A stretch of 51,747 nt of DNA from Bacilli bacterium (GCA_024687185.1 JAILEX010000080.1:1-51747); one strand, 5' to 3'. Positions 1-9,565 are shown, counted from the stretch's first letter. Program-made: numbers and translations. The notes: generated by a model not told the origin, from the sequence alone.

Positions 1-346
1 CCCTATATTCCGTATAGTTTTTAGGAAGCTTCGAGTTCTTGGTCGTTGGGAAGAAGATCGTATTGAAGAGCAATCTCACCGAATAGACGATCGCATCGAA
101 TGCGCCCCAATCGCTTACCTTGACTAAGCAAAACACAAGGATATATAAGACGCCAGGAAGAGTGAACGTATCGGTCCATATCCTCCATTTCTCCTTCTCG
201 TAATCTAGCTGGAGACCGTCTTTGATCATAAAAAAGGAACCAACCGCGATGGGAATAGAGATAACTAACGCAATGATAAAGCCAATAAGATAGACTTTCC
301 TGCGCTGCTTATCCTCTTCGGTTAGTTCCTTTTTCTTAGTCGCCAT
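1..346 (-). CDS. Small membrane protein, DUF3899-like (N-terminal part; gene runs off the left edge)
   Basis: Absent from the ORF track because the window edge truncates it. A minus-strand ATG at 346-344 overlaps the oppF stop by 11 nt. It opens MATKKKELTEEDKQRRKVYLIGFIIALVISIPIAVGSFFMIKDG...DWGAFDAIVYSVRLLF, which stays open to position 1. Hydrophobic helices and the G-x-FD...YS pattern resemble DUF3899 proteins. Confidence 0.5.
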   Translation of the reverse strand, partial: MATKKKELTEEDKQRRKVYLIGFIIALVISIPIAVGSFFMIKDGLQLDYEKEKWRIWTDTFTLPGVLYILVFCLVKVSDWGAFDAIVYSVRLLFNTIFFPTTKNSKLPKNYTEYR

Positions 347-1994
347 AACCAGAATCGTAGCCAGAGGCCAATAAGGCCCTATATTCCTCTTCTTCCTTTT
401 TGTTGCAACGGACGAAGTGCCCGGGTTCGATTTCCACTAAAGCGGGTTTATCCTCGCTATAGTCATGACTTGCCGCGGGATTGTATTTGATCCTAGTACG
501 GTTCTTCTCGGTATCGGGGTCGCAGTGTTGGACAGCCGAAAGAAGAGACTTGGTATAAGGATGCAAGGGATGGCGGAATAGTTCATCGCTTGGAGCAAGC
601 TCAACGAGGTTACCGAAATACATAACCGCGATCCTGTCGCAGAAATACTTAACGACGGAGAGGTTATGGGCTATGAAAAGAATGGTTAGGCCCAATTCGT
701 CCCTAAGATCGTTGAGAAGATTGATGATCTGGGCTTGGATGGAGACGTCTAAGGCGGAAACGGGTTCGTCCGCGATGATGAGCTCGGGGTTCATGATTAG
801 GGCGCGGGCGATGCCAATACGCTGCCTTTGTCCGCCGGAGAACTCATGGGGATAGCGGTCCGCGTGCTCTGGGAGCAAGCCAACCTTATCGAGCATCTCA
901 TTGACGCGCTCTTTGATATAGGCTTTGTCGTGGACGCCATTGATGCGCAAGCCTTCGGAGATGATGCCCCTGACGGTCATACGGGGGTTGATGGAGGCCA
1001 TCGGGTCTTGGAAGATCATCTGCATGCCGGAGGTGATTTTGGCGTGTTTGGCGGTATTTAGTTTCTTTTTATATTCCGCGAAAGTGGCCTTATCCTCTTC
1101 GCTAGACAAAGACCTACCTTGGTTGGTTCTTTCTAGGAAGGAAGCATATTCCTGCTTAACCTTCTCCACTTCTTCCGCGGAGAAATCCTTATCGACGTTG
1201 GCGTTATCGCGCTTCGCCTCGATTATGTTCTTCCTCTCGCGGTCGATGATGGCGTCGGCTTTGGAAATTTCCGCTTGGCGCAACGCATCGAATTTGGCCT
1301 TGATCTCCCCGATTTGGGCTTCGTTGCCGGAAGCGGCTTCTTTCTCGCTAGATTCCGCTAAATCGAATTCCTTTAGCTTTTCCTTCAGCCTGATGCGGGT
1401 GTATTTGATTTCCTTTTCGTTCCATCTGGTGCCCGCACCGATTCTCACGCCTTTGAAATAGACGTCGCCCGAGGTGGGTTTATATAGGCGGATAATGGTT
1501 CTGCCGATCGTGGTTTTGCCACAGCCAGACTCACCGACAAGGCCGAATACCTCGCCTTTATAGACGTCGAAGGAGACGTCATGGACGGCTTTGTTGTATT
1601 TGAATTCGCCTTTGCCGCCAAGCTTAAAGTATTCCCTAAGATGGGAAACGGAAAGGATGACTTCCCTATCTTTGTTTTCAACTTTATAGGCTTCTTCCCT
1701 TTCCTTCTTTTTCTTGTTGGCGTCCTGGAAGAGAATTTCCTCTTCGGAGGCGGAAAGAGCTTCTTTCTCTTCCTTATCCGCGGGTTTTTCCCCTTCCTTT
1801 TCTTCCTTAACGGGTTCATTTGGAGCGGGGTCAATGGGTTTTGCGTATTTTTCGCTTACCTTCTTGGCCATGAACCATTTGAAGACCACGAAATAGCCTA
1901 CCGCCAAAATCGCGATGGCAAAGACGATGATTAGGAAGATTCCCCAGCCTGGGAGCCCATCCAAAACAAGGGGGAAACGATTGATTGATTCCAT
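336..1994 (-). CDS. oppF: Oligopeptide ABC transporter ATP-binding protein OppF, with N-terminal TM helix, E/K-rich linker and about 135-aa insert
   Basis: Walker A GESGCGKTT, Q-loop MIFQDP, signature FSGGQRQRIGIARAL, Walker B LIIADEPVSALD and the C-terminal oligopeptide-type tail PLHPYTKSLL are present. The start shares a TAATG overlap with the oppD stop, and AGGAGG lies about 10 nt upstream. Confidence 0.85.
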   Translation of the reverse strand: MESINRFPLVLDGLPGWGIFLIIVFAIAILAVGYFVVFKWFMAKKVSEKYAKPIDPAPNEPVKEEKEGEKPADKEEKEALSASEEEILFQDANKKKKEREEAYKVENKDREVILSVSHLREYFKLGGKGEFKYNKAVHDVSFDVYKGEVFGLVGESGCGKTTIGRTIIRLYKPTSGDVYFKGVRIGAGTRWNEKEIKYTRIRLKEKLKEFDLAESSEKEAASGNEAQIGEIKAKFDALRQAEISKADAIIDRERKNIIEAKRDNANVDKDFSAEEVEKVKQEYASFLERTNQGRSLSSEEDKATFAEYKKKLNTAKHAKITSGMQMIFQDPMASINPRMTVRGIISEGLRINGVHDKAYIKERVNEMLDKVGLLPEHADRYPHEFSGGQRQRIGIARALIMNPELIIADEPVSALDVSIQAQIINLLNDLRDELGLTILFIAHNLSVVKYFCDRIAVMYFGNLVELAPSDELFRHPLHPYTKSLLSAVQHCDPDTEKNRTRIKYNPAASHDYSEDKPALVEIEPGHFVRCNKKEEEEYRALLASGYDSGYGD

Positions 1995-3919
1995 TATTCC
2001 TTTCCTCCTTTCTTGGCGGCTTTCCTATTCGCTTTGCGCCTTTCCATGGCGCGCTTAATGCGTTCGGTGACGATTTCCGGAGGTACGGCCTTAGGCGCGT
2101 CTTCCCTTAATAGCCAACTAGCCGCGTAATGGGTGTCGCTGACGGCGAATAAAGGAGGTTCTTCCTCAAAATCGAGGGCGAGGGCATATTTGTTTCTTGC
2201 CGCAAAGGCATCGCCTATAGGGGGCAAGACCATATTGGGCGGGGTGCCTGGGATGGCGTCGATTTTTTGTTTGGTATCTAGGTCGGGCATAGAGGCGAGT
2301 AGCGCCCAGGTATAGGGGTGGCGGGGATCATAGAAGATATCGTCAACCGTGCCGTATTCAACGATTTTGCCCGCATACATAACGGCGATGTCATCGGCCA
2401 TATTGGCTACGACGCCAAGGTCATGGGTGATGAAGATGATGGAGAGGTTGAGCTCTTCCTTCAACTCGTTGATGAGTTCTAGGATCTGGGCTTGGATGGT
2501 GACGTCAAGGGCGGTCGTCGGTTCGTCGCAGATCAAAATCTCGGGACGGCTCGACAATGCGATGGCGATAACCATACGCTGCCTCATGCCGCCGGAGAAC
2601 TCAAACGGGTACTGGCGGAAGCGGATTTCGGGTTGGGGGATGCCAACCTGACGCATGATGTCCAAAGCCTGTTCCTTGGCTTCTTCTTTCTTAACCGAGC
2701 GATGTCCCGCGCGGATAACGCCACGGTAATATTCATAGAATTCCTTGGAATAGCTTTCGTAACCCAACCCTGCGGCCAGGACTTCGTCGATATGCTTCAC
2801 AAGCTTCTCGCAAAGCTCCTTTAGCATCGCGCTAGCCTCCGCGGGAGTTAGGAACCTCTCAGGGAGTTTGGCCCTTTGCTTAAGGGTAAGAGGGGGTACT
2901 TCTTCCCCTTTTGCGGCATATTTGGCCTTCTTCGCCTCCGCTTGTCTTTCATGCTTTACGGCATTGGAGAGGAAGCGGACGTATTTTTTGAAGGAGACGT
3001 CGAAGACGGCGACGATATCATCTTCGTCGTCGCGGAAAGCGAAGGAACACTTCGCCTTTTTGACCTCGCCTTTCCTGTTATTGAGGGATTCGAGGTCGCC
3101 GACTTCGCCAGAAAGCTCCTTATCGAGGATGCCCTTTACCAAATCGCGCAAAGCGGTTAGCTCGGCTTTATAGTCCTCGTAGCTGACCTCGATTAGGGAA
3201 CGAAGCATCGCGATGAGGGCGTTTCTTTCCCCTTCGCTAAGGCTCGCGGCCTCGATTAGCTTAGGTTCCTCGCTGCGCCCACCTTTGAAGAAGAGGTATT
3301 TATTGGCACCTTCGACTGTTTTGGAGGGATAGTGGTTGGGGTTGGAAACGATTTCGACGTTGCGCGCCTTAATGGTCGCATGACGTGAGGCGTCTTCCTT
3401 CGCCACATCGTTTTTTAGCTCCTTCAAAGAACAATCCCTGAACTTCCTTAGAAGATCGTGGTCGATGGCGATATTATGGGCCGCGCTGACCTTGCGGATG
3501 GCGGAACCGATTTCCCTTTCCTGTCCGCGGGCTTCCCTACGGTTGGCCTTCGCCTTAAGGAAGATGGGCTCGGTGAGCTGCTTTCCTACGCGCATAATGG
3601 GGTTAAGCGCGGATAGCGGGTCTTGGAAGATCATCGAGATCTTGGAACCGCGGATTTTGTGGAACCTATCCTCGTTGATGGTGAGCAAATCCTTGCCATC
3701 ATAGATGATCTCGCCGCCTTCGACGATGGCGTTTTTCGCCAAGATGCCCAAGATGGCGCGACTGGTGACGGATTTGCCAGAGCCGGATTCGCCGACGATG
3801 CAAAGGGTTTTGCCTCTTTTTAGGTCGAAGCTGATGCCCCTAACCGCCTTGACGGTTCCGCTATCGACGTTAAAGGAGATGCGTAAGTCTTTGACTTCCA
3901 GAATCTTTTCGTCTGCCAT
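1994..3919 (-). CDS. oppD: Oligopeptide ABC transporter ATP-binding protein OppD with about 285-aa insert in the helical subdomain
   Basis: Walker A GESGSGKS, Q-loop MIFQDP, signature FSGGMRQR, Walker B LICDEPTTALD and tail PRHPYTWALL are present. At 641 aa it is far longer than the roughly 330-aa canonical proteins. Confidence 0.85.
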   Translation of the reverse strand: MADEKILEVKDLRISFNVDSGTVKAVRGISFDLKRGKTLCIVGESGSGKSVTSRAILGILAKNAIVEGGEIIYDGKDLLTINEDRFHKIRGSKISMIFQDPLSALNPIMRVGKQLTEPIFLKAKANRREARGQEREIGSAIRKVSAAHNIAIDHDLLRKFRDCSLKELKNDVAKEDASRHATIKARNVEIVSNPNHYPSKTVEGANKYLFFKGGRSEEPKLIEAASLSEGERNALIAMLRSLIEVSYEDYKAELTALRDLVKGILDKELSGEVGDLESLNNRKGEVKKAKCSFAFRDDEDDIVAVFDVSFKKYVRFLSNAVKHERQAEAKKAKYAAKGEEVPPLTLKQRAKLPERFLTPAEASAMLKELCEKLVKHIDEVLAAGLGYESYSKEFYEYYRGVIRAGHRSVKKEEAKEQALDIMRQVGIPQPEIRFRQYPFEFSGGMRQRMVIAIALSSRPEILICDEPTTALDVTIQAQILELINELKEELNLSIIFITHDLGVVANMADDIAVMYAGKIVEYGTVDDIFYDPRHPYTWALLASMPDLDTKQKIDAIPGTPPNMVLPPIGDAFAARNKYALALDFEEEPPLFAVSDTHYAASWLLREDAPKAVPPEIVTERIKRAMERRKANRKAAKKGGKE

Positions 3920-3923
3920 ATTC

Positions 3924-5492
3924 CTATTCCTCCCCCCTTAAAGTCGGGTTGAACGCGTCGCGTAGCCCGTTGCCGATCAAATTGAAGGTGATCATCAAGA
4001 TGGAGATGAAGATCGCCGGGAACATAATCATATGCGGATAGGTCGAAAGGAAACTCGACCCGTCGTTAAGCAAAGTACCCACCGAGGTGATGTCGGAGTT
4101 GGTCAAGTCGATGATGTTCAGGAAGCTTAGGCTACTTTCGGAGAAGATGACCCCGGGGATCATAAGGACCGAACTCGTGATGAGGGTACCTAAGGCATTT
4201 GGAAGGATATCGACGAAGATAAGCCTTCTATCCTTTGCGCCTAATGTCCTGGAGGCAAGGACGTATTCTTGGTCTTTAAACCTATAGAATTGCATACGCG
4301 TGGTACTTGCCGTGCCGATCCAACCCGTCAAAACGAAGGCGAATAGCAAGGAGACGATGGGTCCCACTTGCTTCGCTAAGTGAAGTTGGAACAAAGTCGC
4401 CATGATGACGAAGGGGATGGAGGAGAGAATATCGGTGACGCGTTCCATGACTAAGTCGACCGTGCCGCCGTAGTAGCCGGAGATCGCGCCCCAGAGAAGG
4501 CCGATGAGGAGGTTTATGACGGAAACGGAGACGCCTAGGATAAGCGATAATCTAGCGCCGCTAGCAAGGCGGACGAAGATATCGAACCCAGTGGAATTCG
4601 CGCCGAATAGATAGAAGCATTTCGCGCCATACACGTATTCGTAATAGACATTATAGTCAACGCGCACAAGCTTGCTTAAACCTTCTGCATCATGGTTGGC
4701 GCTATAGACGTAGTCGCCGTTAGCATCGGTCATATAAAGCGGGACGACCTGGCCTTTGGAGTCTAAAGTGGGCTCAAACTGTTGGCCTTTGCTTCTAAGC
4801 TGGAGCTTGTAATAGAGATTGGCCTCCTGCTCATACATGCGCTTCATGTTGTTGCGGAGGGTGGTGGTGTCGACTAGGATCCTGCCAGAGGCCTCCACTT
4901 CGTCGAAATACTCATCGACGTATTCCTCATAATCGACTAAGGGCAATAAGATCTTGCGGTCTTTATCCTTTTCCCATTCCTGGATCTTGGCGAGTTCGTC
5001 CGAGGAGACCGAGATTTCCTTGGCCCCAATCGCATAGGTGTCGTGGCGGAAAGTGTAATAGGTGGTATCGCCCTTAATGGAAGACTCCACGCCGGTTTGG
5101 ACTTCGCCAACGATGGGTTTGTCCTCGGTTTCATACCAAAGGTATTCCACATATTTGGCTTCATAGACCTTAGCCTGTTCCGTGCCATCCCAGAATCCGG
5201 TCCCGTTGAACATCGGGTTCTTAGGCAAGACATAGGAATAGTTGGCATCGCTCCAAGAGACGGTCCTAGGAGTCGTAAGGGGGGCGATGATCGCAAAGGA
5301 GATGAGGAGGAAGAGGATGATGCCGGCGACGATGGAACCCTTGTTGCGGCAGAACCTGCGCCAGCAGCCCCTTAGATAGCTAACGGGTTTGGTTTCGAAT
5401 TTGACGTCATGGATGGACTTGTCCTGCTGAACGAAGGTCATCTTATCGGACTTATAGCCCGCATAGTCCTTGGGAGAAACGATGTGTGCCAT
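3924..5492 (-). CDS. oppC: Oligopeptide ABC transporter permease OppC with enlarged first extracytoplasmic loop
   Basis: An N-terminal TM helix is followed by about 220 hydrophilic residues and then a typical BPD-transporter permease core (EAA-like ...ASRTLGAKDRRLIFVDILPNA...). It sits between oppB and oppD. Confidence 0.85.
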   Translation of the reverse strand: MAHIVSPKDYAGYKSDKMTFVQQDKSIHDVKFETKPVSYLRGCWRRFCRNKGSIVAGIILFLLISFAIIAPLTTPRTVSWSDANYSYVLPKNPMFNGTGFWDGTEQAKVYEAKYVEYLWYETEDKPIVGEVQTGVESSIKGDTTYYTFRHDTYAIGAKEISVSSDELAKIQEWEKDKDRKILLPLVDYEEYVDEYFDEVEASGRILVDTTTLRNNMKRMYEQEANLYYKLQLRSKGQQFEPTLDSKGQVVPLYMTDANGDYVYSANHDAEGLSKLVRVDYNVYYEYVYGAKCFYLFGANSTGFDIFVRLASGARLSLILGVSVSVINLLIGLLWGAISGYYGGTVDLVMERVTDILSSIPFVIMATLFQLHLAKQVGPIVSLLFAFVLTGWIGTASTTRMQFYRFKDQEYVLASRTLGAKDRRLIFVDILPNALGTLITSSVLMIPGVIFSESSLSFLNIIDLTNSDITSVGTLLNDGSSFLSTYPHMIMFPAIFISILMITFNLIGNGLRDAFNPTLRGEE

Positions 5493-6475
5493 TATTTTTT
5501 ACCTCCCATTCTGATACGGGGATCGACGATGCCGTAACTTAGGTCGACGACAAGTCCTCCGACTAGGCCGATAAGGACATAGAACATACCGACGAAGAGG
5601 AAGACGTCGTAGTCGCGCCTATTGATGGATTCTAGGAATAAGCCACCGACGCCACCGACGGCGAAGATGCTCTCGATGATGATGGAGCCGCTTAGGATCG
5701 AGATAAACTCGCCCAAGATCATTGGGAAGATGGGGACTAGGGAATTGCGGAAGGCGTGGCGGAGGGTCGCCTGGGTCCTAGTTAGGCCCTTTGTCCTGGC
5801 TAGGAGCATGAAATCGCTAGTTAGGACCTCGGTTAATTCGGCGCGGGTATACCTTGCGAATCCCGCAATGGTGCCGAAACTCATGGAGATGACGGCGGGA
5901 AGCATGGAGACGAACATGATCGGACTAAACCAATTGCCGTTGATAGCGGGATCGCTGACCGCGGCCATCGTTAGTGGCAAAATGCCCCAAACGGTGCCGA
6001 AAAGGTATTGCACGAGGAAAGCATAAACAAAGGAGGGGACGGAGATGACGAGCATGACGACGACCGAGAGGATATGGTCCTCGGGCTTATTCTTCCTTAA
6101 GGCCATCAATATGCCTAGGCCCAAACCGACGGGAACGGCGAAGATCATCGTGTAGACGTTGATCAAAACCGTTGGCGGGAACCTAGAGGAAAGAAGCTCC
6201 CAAGGCGAGGCTAGCCACTGGATTTGGAAGGAGTAACCGAAATTACCGCCATCCGTCGCCGTGAATAGACGCACAAAATAATTGAAATACTGAACGATTA
6301 AGGGATCGTTGTAACCCATTTTCTCGCGGAATTCCCTTGCGATGGCCTCACCGTCGCTGCCAGGGGCAGAGATCAGTGGAACCGGCAGGGCGCGAATGAG
6401 GAAGAAGCAGATTGTGAAGATAACCCAAAAGGTGAAGAGCATCAGCACAAGTCGCTTAAGAACGTACTTTCCCAT
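5492..6475 (-). CDS. oppB: Oligopeptide ABC transporter permease OppB
   Basis: The sequence runs MGKYVLKRLVLMLFTFWVIFTICFFLIR... and contains the permease motif LARTKGLTRTQATLRHAFRNSLVP. The RBS is AAAGGAG, and the gene overlaps the oppC start by 1 nt. Confidence 0.88.
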   Translation of the reverse strand: MGKYVLKRLVLMLFTFWVIFTICFFLIRALPVPLISAPGSDGEAIAREFREKMGYNDPLIVQYFNYFVRLFTATDGGNFGYSFQIQWLASPWELLSSRFPPTVLINVYTMIFAVPVGLGLGILMALRKNKPEDHILSVVVMLVISVPSFVYAFLVQYLFGTVWGILPLTMAAVSDPAINGNWFSPIMFVSMLPAVISMSFGTIAGFARYTRAELTEVLTSDFMLLARTKGLTRTQATLRHAFRNSLVPIFPMILGEFISILSGSIIIESIFAVGGVGGLFLESINRRDYDVFLFVGMFYVLIGLVGGLVVDLSYGIVDPRIRMGGKK

Positions 6476-6640
6476 TTCCTACTCTCCTTTGCGGATACGG
6501 GCTATCTTATCGCACGCACGCACAAAGGGCAAGAATCAATAAGCCCCCGCTTAACGATCGATTCGTTCAAAACAAGCCAAATCACACCCCTTTTTCCGCT
6601 TTGGAAAACCCTGCAGTTTTGATAAAAGAGGCGGGTTTTG

Positions 6641-6671
6641 CAAAGAAAAGCGGCAGGGTTGCTCCTGCCGC
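6641..6671 (-). terminator. Rho-independent terminator/attenuator between oppA and oppB
   Basis: An 8-bp GC stem (GCGGCAGG 6650-6657 with CCTGCCGC 6664-6671) has a 6-nt loop. On the minus strand it is followed by TTTTCTTTG, 23 nt after the oppA stop. Confidence 0.6.
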
Positions 6672-6694
6672 TAGATTCTTATCGATTCAACGAA

Positions 6695-9526
6695 TTATTG
6701 TTTGTATAGATCGGCGTTGATCTTGCCGGTCTTGATGGCGTCCGCCCATTCCGCATCGGAATAGGTGAAGGTCATGTACCTGACTCCGCCATAACCCATT
6801 AGAGGAATGTATTGGTCGGTGCCGTATTCGACTTTGTAGGAAGTCAAAGAGGCGCTTGACCTGGATATGACGGGAGCGGTTGACCAGGTGTTGATATAAC
6901 CCGCTTCGAGTTCGGAGAGGATATTCAGCCTTTCCTGGTGGCGTTGATATTTGGCCTTCTCATATTTGGCGACTTCTTCGGGATCGTCCATATCGTAATC
7001 GGCTTCGGAGATCTCGTTGAGCTTGCTTAGGAAGGAATACCAGTCGGCCATGGTCTTGGTATCGGGGGTGCCATCGTTATCGTAGTCGAAGGTGAGTTCG
7101 ATTTTCTTGACGTTGGTGGTCATGCCATATTCGCAATTGGAGTCGAAGCTGGAATCGCAATAGACTTCCATGAGGCCATAGGGATCCATCTGAGCACCGC
7201 CCCAAGTGGAGAAGATGCAATCGTAATTGCCCTTTTTGGCTTCGTCATAGTAGTCCTCGTTCGGAGTCATGTAATAATCGAAGCTGATGTAGTTGTCGCC
7301 AAGGAGCTTGTTGGCCGCTTCGGCTAAGGAAGTGAGGGCGTTTTTGATGAAGTTATAGGAAGCGACGGTGGTTTCGCTATCGGTCTTGTAGACCAAGATT
7401 TCGATGGCGACGGTGTTGCCTTTTTCGAAGTGGCCTTCGTTATCGACGTCGGCGACTTCGGTCTCAATGGCCTTTTTGAGGTATTGGGCGGCAAGGGCGG
7501 CGTTATAGCCACGGCTTCTTTCGGCTAAGGCTTCGCCGTTTTCTTCATCGATCGTGGATCCGCCTAAGTGGCCATAGATCTTGTTATAAACGGCCTTGGC
7601 TTGGCTGGTGCCGCGATAGAATTCGCCATTATCGACATCGGAGATGTAGAGGTTGTTGAGCAAGCCGGTGAAACCTTGGCTGCCCGCGGTGCACTGGGCG
7701 GCGAACTGGGTCCTATCGATGCCTAGGGAGACGGCCTTACGGAAATCTTCGTTGGCGAGGATGGTCTTGTTGCCAGGGTGAGAGGAGCTCGCGGCGTTCT
7801 TTTGTCTTTTTAGTAACTGGGACCTCGTGACGTTGAAGGAAAGCTTCTGGGTATAGGAGGTTGGGGTGTACTGAAGACGGGTGGAAGCGCCGTATTTCTT
7901 CATATCGGAGGTGGTGAGTTCGATATCGTCGATCTCGCCCTTCTCGAATTGCTGCATTGCGGTGGTGTGTTCCGCGACGATTTGGGTCTTTAGGACCTCC
8001 ATTTGGAATTGGCCTTCGTGCTTGCCATCGCTCCAACCATACCATTTGTCGTTTTTCTCGATGGTGATGAGCTTATTGGACTGGAAGGCGGTGAGTTTGT
8101 AGGGTCCAAAGGACTTGTAGTTCTCGGCGCTGGCGGTGCCGTATTTGGTGGCCATTAGGTTGGTGCCGGCGACTTGGGTGGTGAGCTTGTCGTAAAGGGT
8201 GGCGTCGACTAACCAAGAAGAGGTGAGGGAGAACTTGAGGTCGGTGAGGGAGACGGGGCTATCCTGGGCCATGACTAGGCGCAAGGTATAATCGTCGATC
8301 GCCTCGATGCCAACGTCTTCAAAGGGGATGTCGGCGGAGTCGTTGTCATAGTGGGCGAATAGGGGGAGCCTCCAGGAGTTTTCCTTGCTGGCGATGCCAC
8401 GGGGGCTGCCCAAGCCTTTGACGAAGGTGGAGATATCGGCCTGGAGGTCTTCCCAAAGATAGGAATCATAGGAATCGGGGAGGTCTTCGCCGTTTTTCTC
8501 CAATTCGGCCTCGTTGACGATCTTGCCGCCGGCGACTTTGATGTCGAGCTCATCGAAGTCATACATGGAGATATCGAAGTCCCACATGTTCTCTTCGGTG
8601 CTGTCGGTGCTCGGGGTGGTGATATCGGAAATGGTCTCGACGTTCTTCCAGTCGGAAGAAGAATAGGAAATCGCGCCATCAAGCCAGCCGTCGCGGCGGA
8701 TTTTGATGAGGGCTTCGCCAACCGCGTTGGTGATACGGTCGGCAGCGTTTTCGATATTGGAGGAAAGCGTGCTGCTACGGTTGTTCAAAACGGTGTAGAA
8801 GGCGCCTTCGGTGAGGTTGCTGAAGATCTGTCCAGCGTAGGGGGAGTTGCCGCCGAGGTTGACGAACCAGGTACCGTCGGAGCAGAAGCTATCGTCAATC
8901 GGGTCGAGGTTGGCGTCGCTTGCGATGTAGTTATAGGCGGGCTCGATGGTCTGTTGGCCGTTTTTGAAGTAGGCTTCGGCATTGGCCAAAACCGTGCTGC
9001 CCTTATAGAAGCTATCGGCGCGGTGGTTGACGAACTTGGGGTTGAGCAGCCTCTTCATGGATTCGACATAATCGCTGGCCTTGATGGGCGTGCCATCTTC
9101 CCAAGTGGCGGCTTGGTTGAGCTTGATGTCATAGGCGACGCCGGAGGGAAGGTTGACGGAGCTACGGCCGAAGAAACGGGTCTTTTCGTCTTTGCTGAGT
9201 TCTTTGGTGACGTCGACGGGCATCTCGCTCGCCATTTCGCAAAGGAACTCATAGCCGCTCTTGTCCTCGTTGAACCCTAGGTCATAGAAGCCCATTTGGG
9301 TGTAGGCAAGGATATAGGAGTCGGAGTTGGTCTCCCAAGCATGGGGGTTCCATGTCTTAGGATTGGAATCAAGATAGGTGTTGTAGGTATAAGTCGCTCC
9401 AGCAGAAGGCGTCGAGCTTTGGGAACCGGAACCACTCTCGGAAGAGGATCCGCCGCCACAGGCGACCAAAGCCATGATGGACGCTAAGGAGAGGAACGAT
9501 AAACCAAATAATTTGTTGCTTTTCAT
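6695..9526 (-). CDS. oppA: Oligopeptide-binding lipoprotein OppA (943 aa, family-5 SBP-like)
   Basis: The signal peptide plus lipobox reads MKSNKLFGLSFLSLASIMALVAC-GGGSSSESGS. It is the first gene of the opp operon. Its large size is typical of Mollicutes OppA, and the C-terminal part looks SBP-like. Confidence 0.8.
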   Translation of the reverse strand: MKSNKLFGLSFLSLASIMALVACGGGSSSESGSGSQSSTPSAGATYTYNTYLDSNPKTWNPHAWETNSDSYILAYTQMGFYDLGFNEDKSGYEFLCEMASEMPVDVTKELSKDEKTRFFGRSSVNLPSGVAYDIKLNQAATWEDGTPIKASDYVESMKRLLNPKFVNHRADSFYKGSTVLANAEAYFKNGQQTIEPAYNYIASDANLDPIDDSFCSDGTWFVNLGGNSPYAGQIFSNLTEGAFYTVLNNRSSTLSSNIENAADRITNAVGEALIKIRRDGWLDGAISYSSSDWKNVETISDITTPSTDSTEENMWDFDISMYDFDELDIKVAGGKIVNEAELEKNGEDLPDSYDSYLWEDLQADISTFVKGLGSPRGIASKENSWRLPLFAHYDNDSADIPFEDVGIEAIDDYTLRLVMAQDSPVSLTDLKFSLTSSWLVDATLYDKLTTQVAGTNLMATKYGTASAENYKSFGPYKLTAFQSNKLITIEKNDKWYGWSDGKHEGQFQMEVLKTQIVAEHTTAMQQFEKGEIDDIELTTSDMKKYGASTRLQYTPTSYTQKLSFNVTRSQLLKRQKNAASSSHPGNKTILANEDFRKAVSLGIDRTQFAAQCTAGSQGFTGLLNNLYISDVDNGEFYRGTSQAKAVYNKIYGHLGGSTIDEENGEALAERSRGYNAALAAQYLKKAIETEVADVDNEGHFEKGNTVAIEILVYKTDSETTVASYNFIKNALTSLAEAANKLLGDNYISFDYYMTPNEDYYDEAKKGNYDCIFSTWGGAQMDPYGLMEVYCDSSFDSNCEYGMTTNVKKIELTFDYDNDGTPDTKTMADWYSFLSKLNEISEADYDMDDPEEVAKYEKAKYQRHQERLNILSELEAGYINTWSTAPVISRSSASLTSYKVEYGTDQYIPLMGYGGVRYMTFTYSDAEWADAIKTGKINADLYKQ

Positions 9527-9565
9527 TATAGAGTCAGTCCTTTCTTTGTCTTTTCAGGCGTAGGT

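Noticed and set aside
1445-1934. Alternative-frame and antisense ORFs inside oppF (129 aa K/R-rich on the minus strand; 117 and 60 aa on the plus strand)
   Set aside because: They overlap the E/K-rich linker, where GAA/AAG repeats keep several frames open. They have no RBS, and their composition is the frame-shifted image of the real protein.
7324-9487. Several 60-150-aa P/T/S/R-rich ORFs in other frames of oppA
   Set aside because: They lie entirely within a well-supported long CDS, have low-complexity composition, and lack start context.
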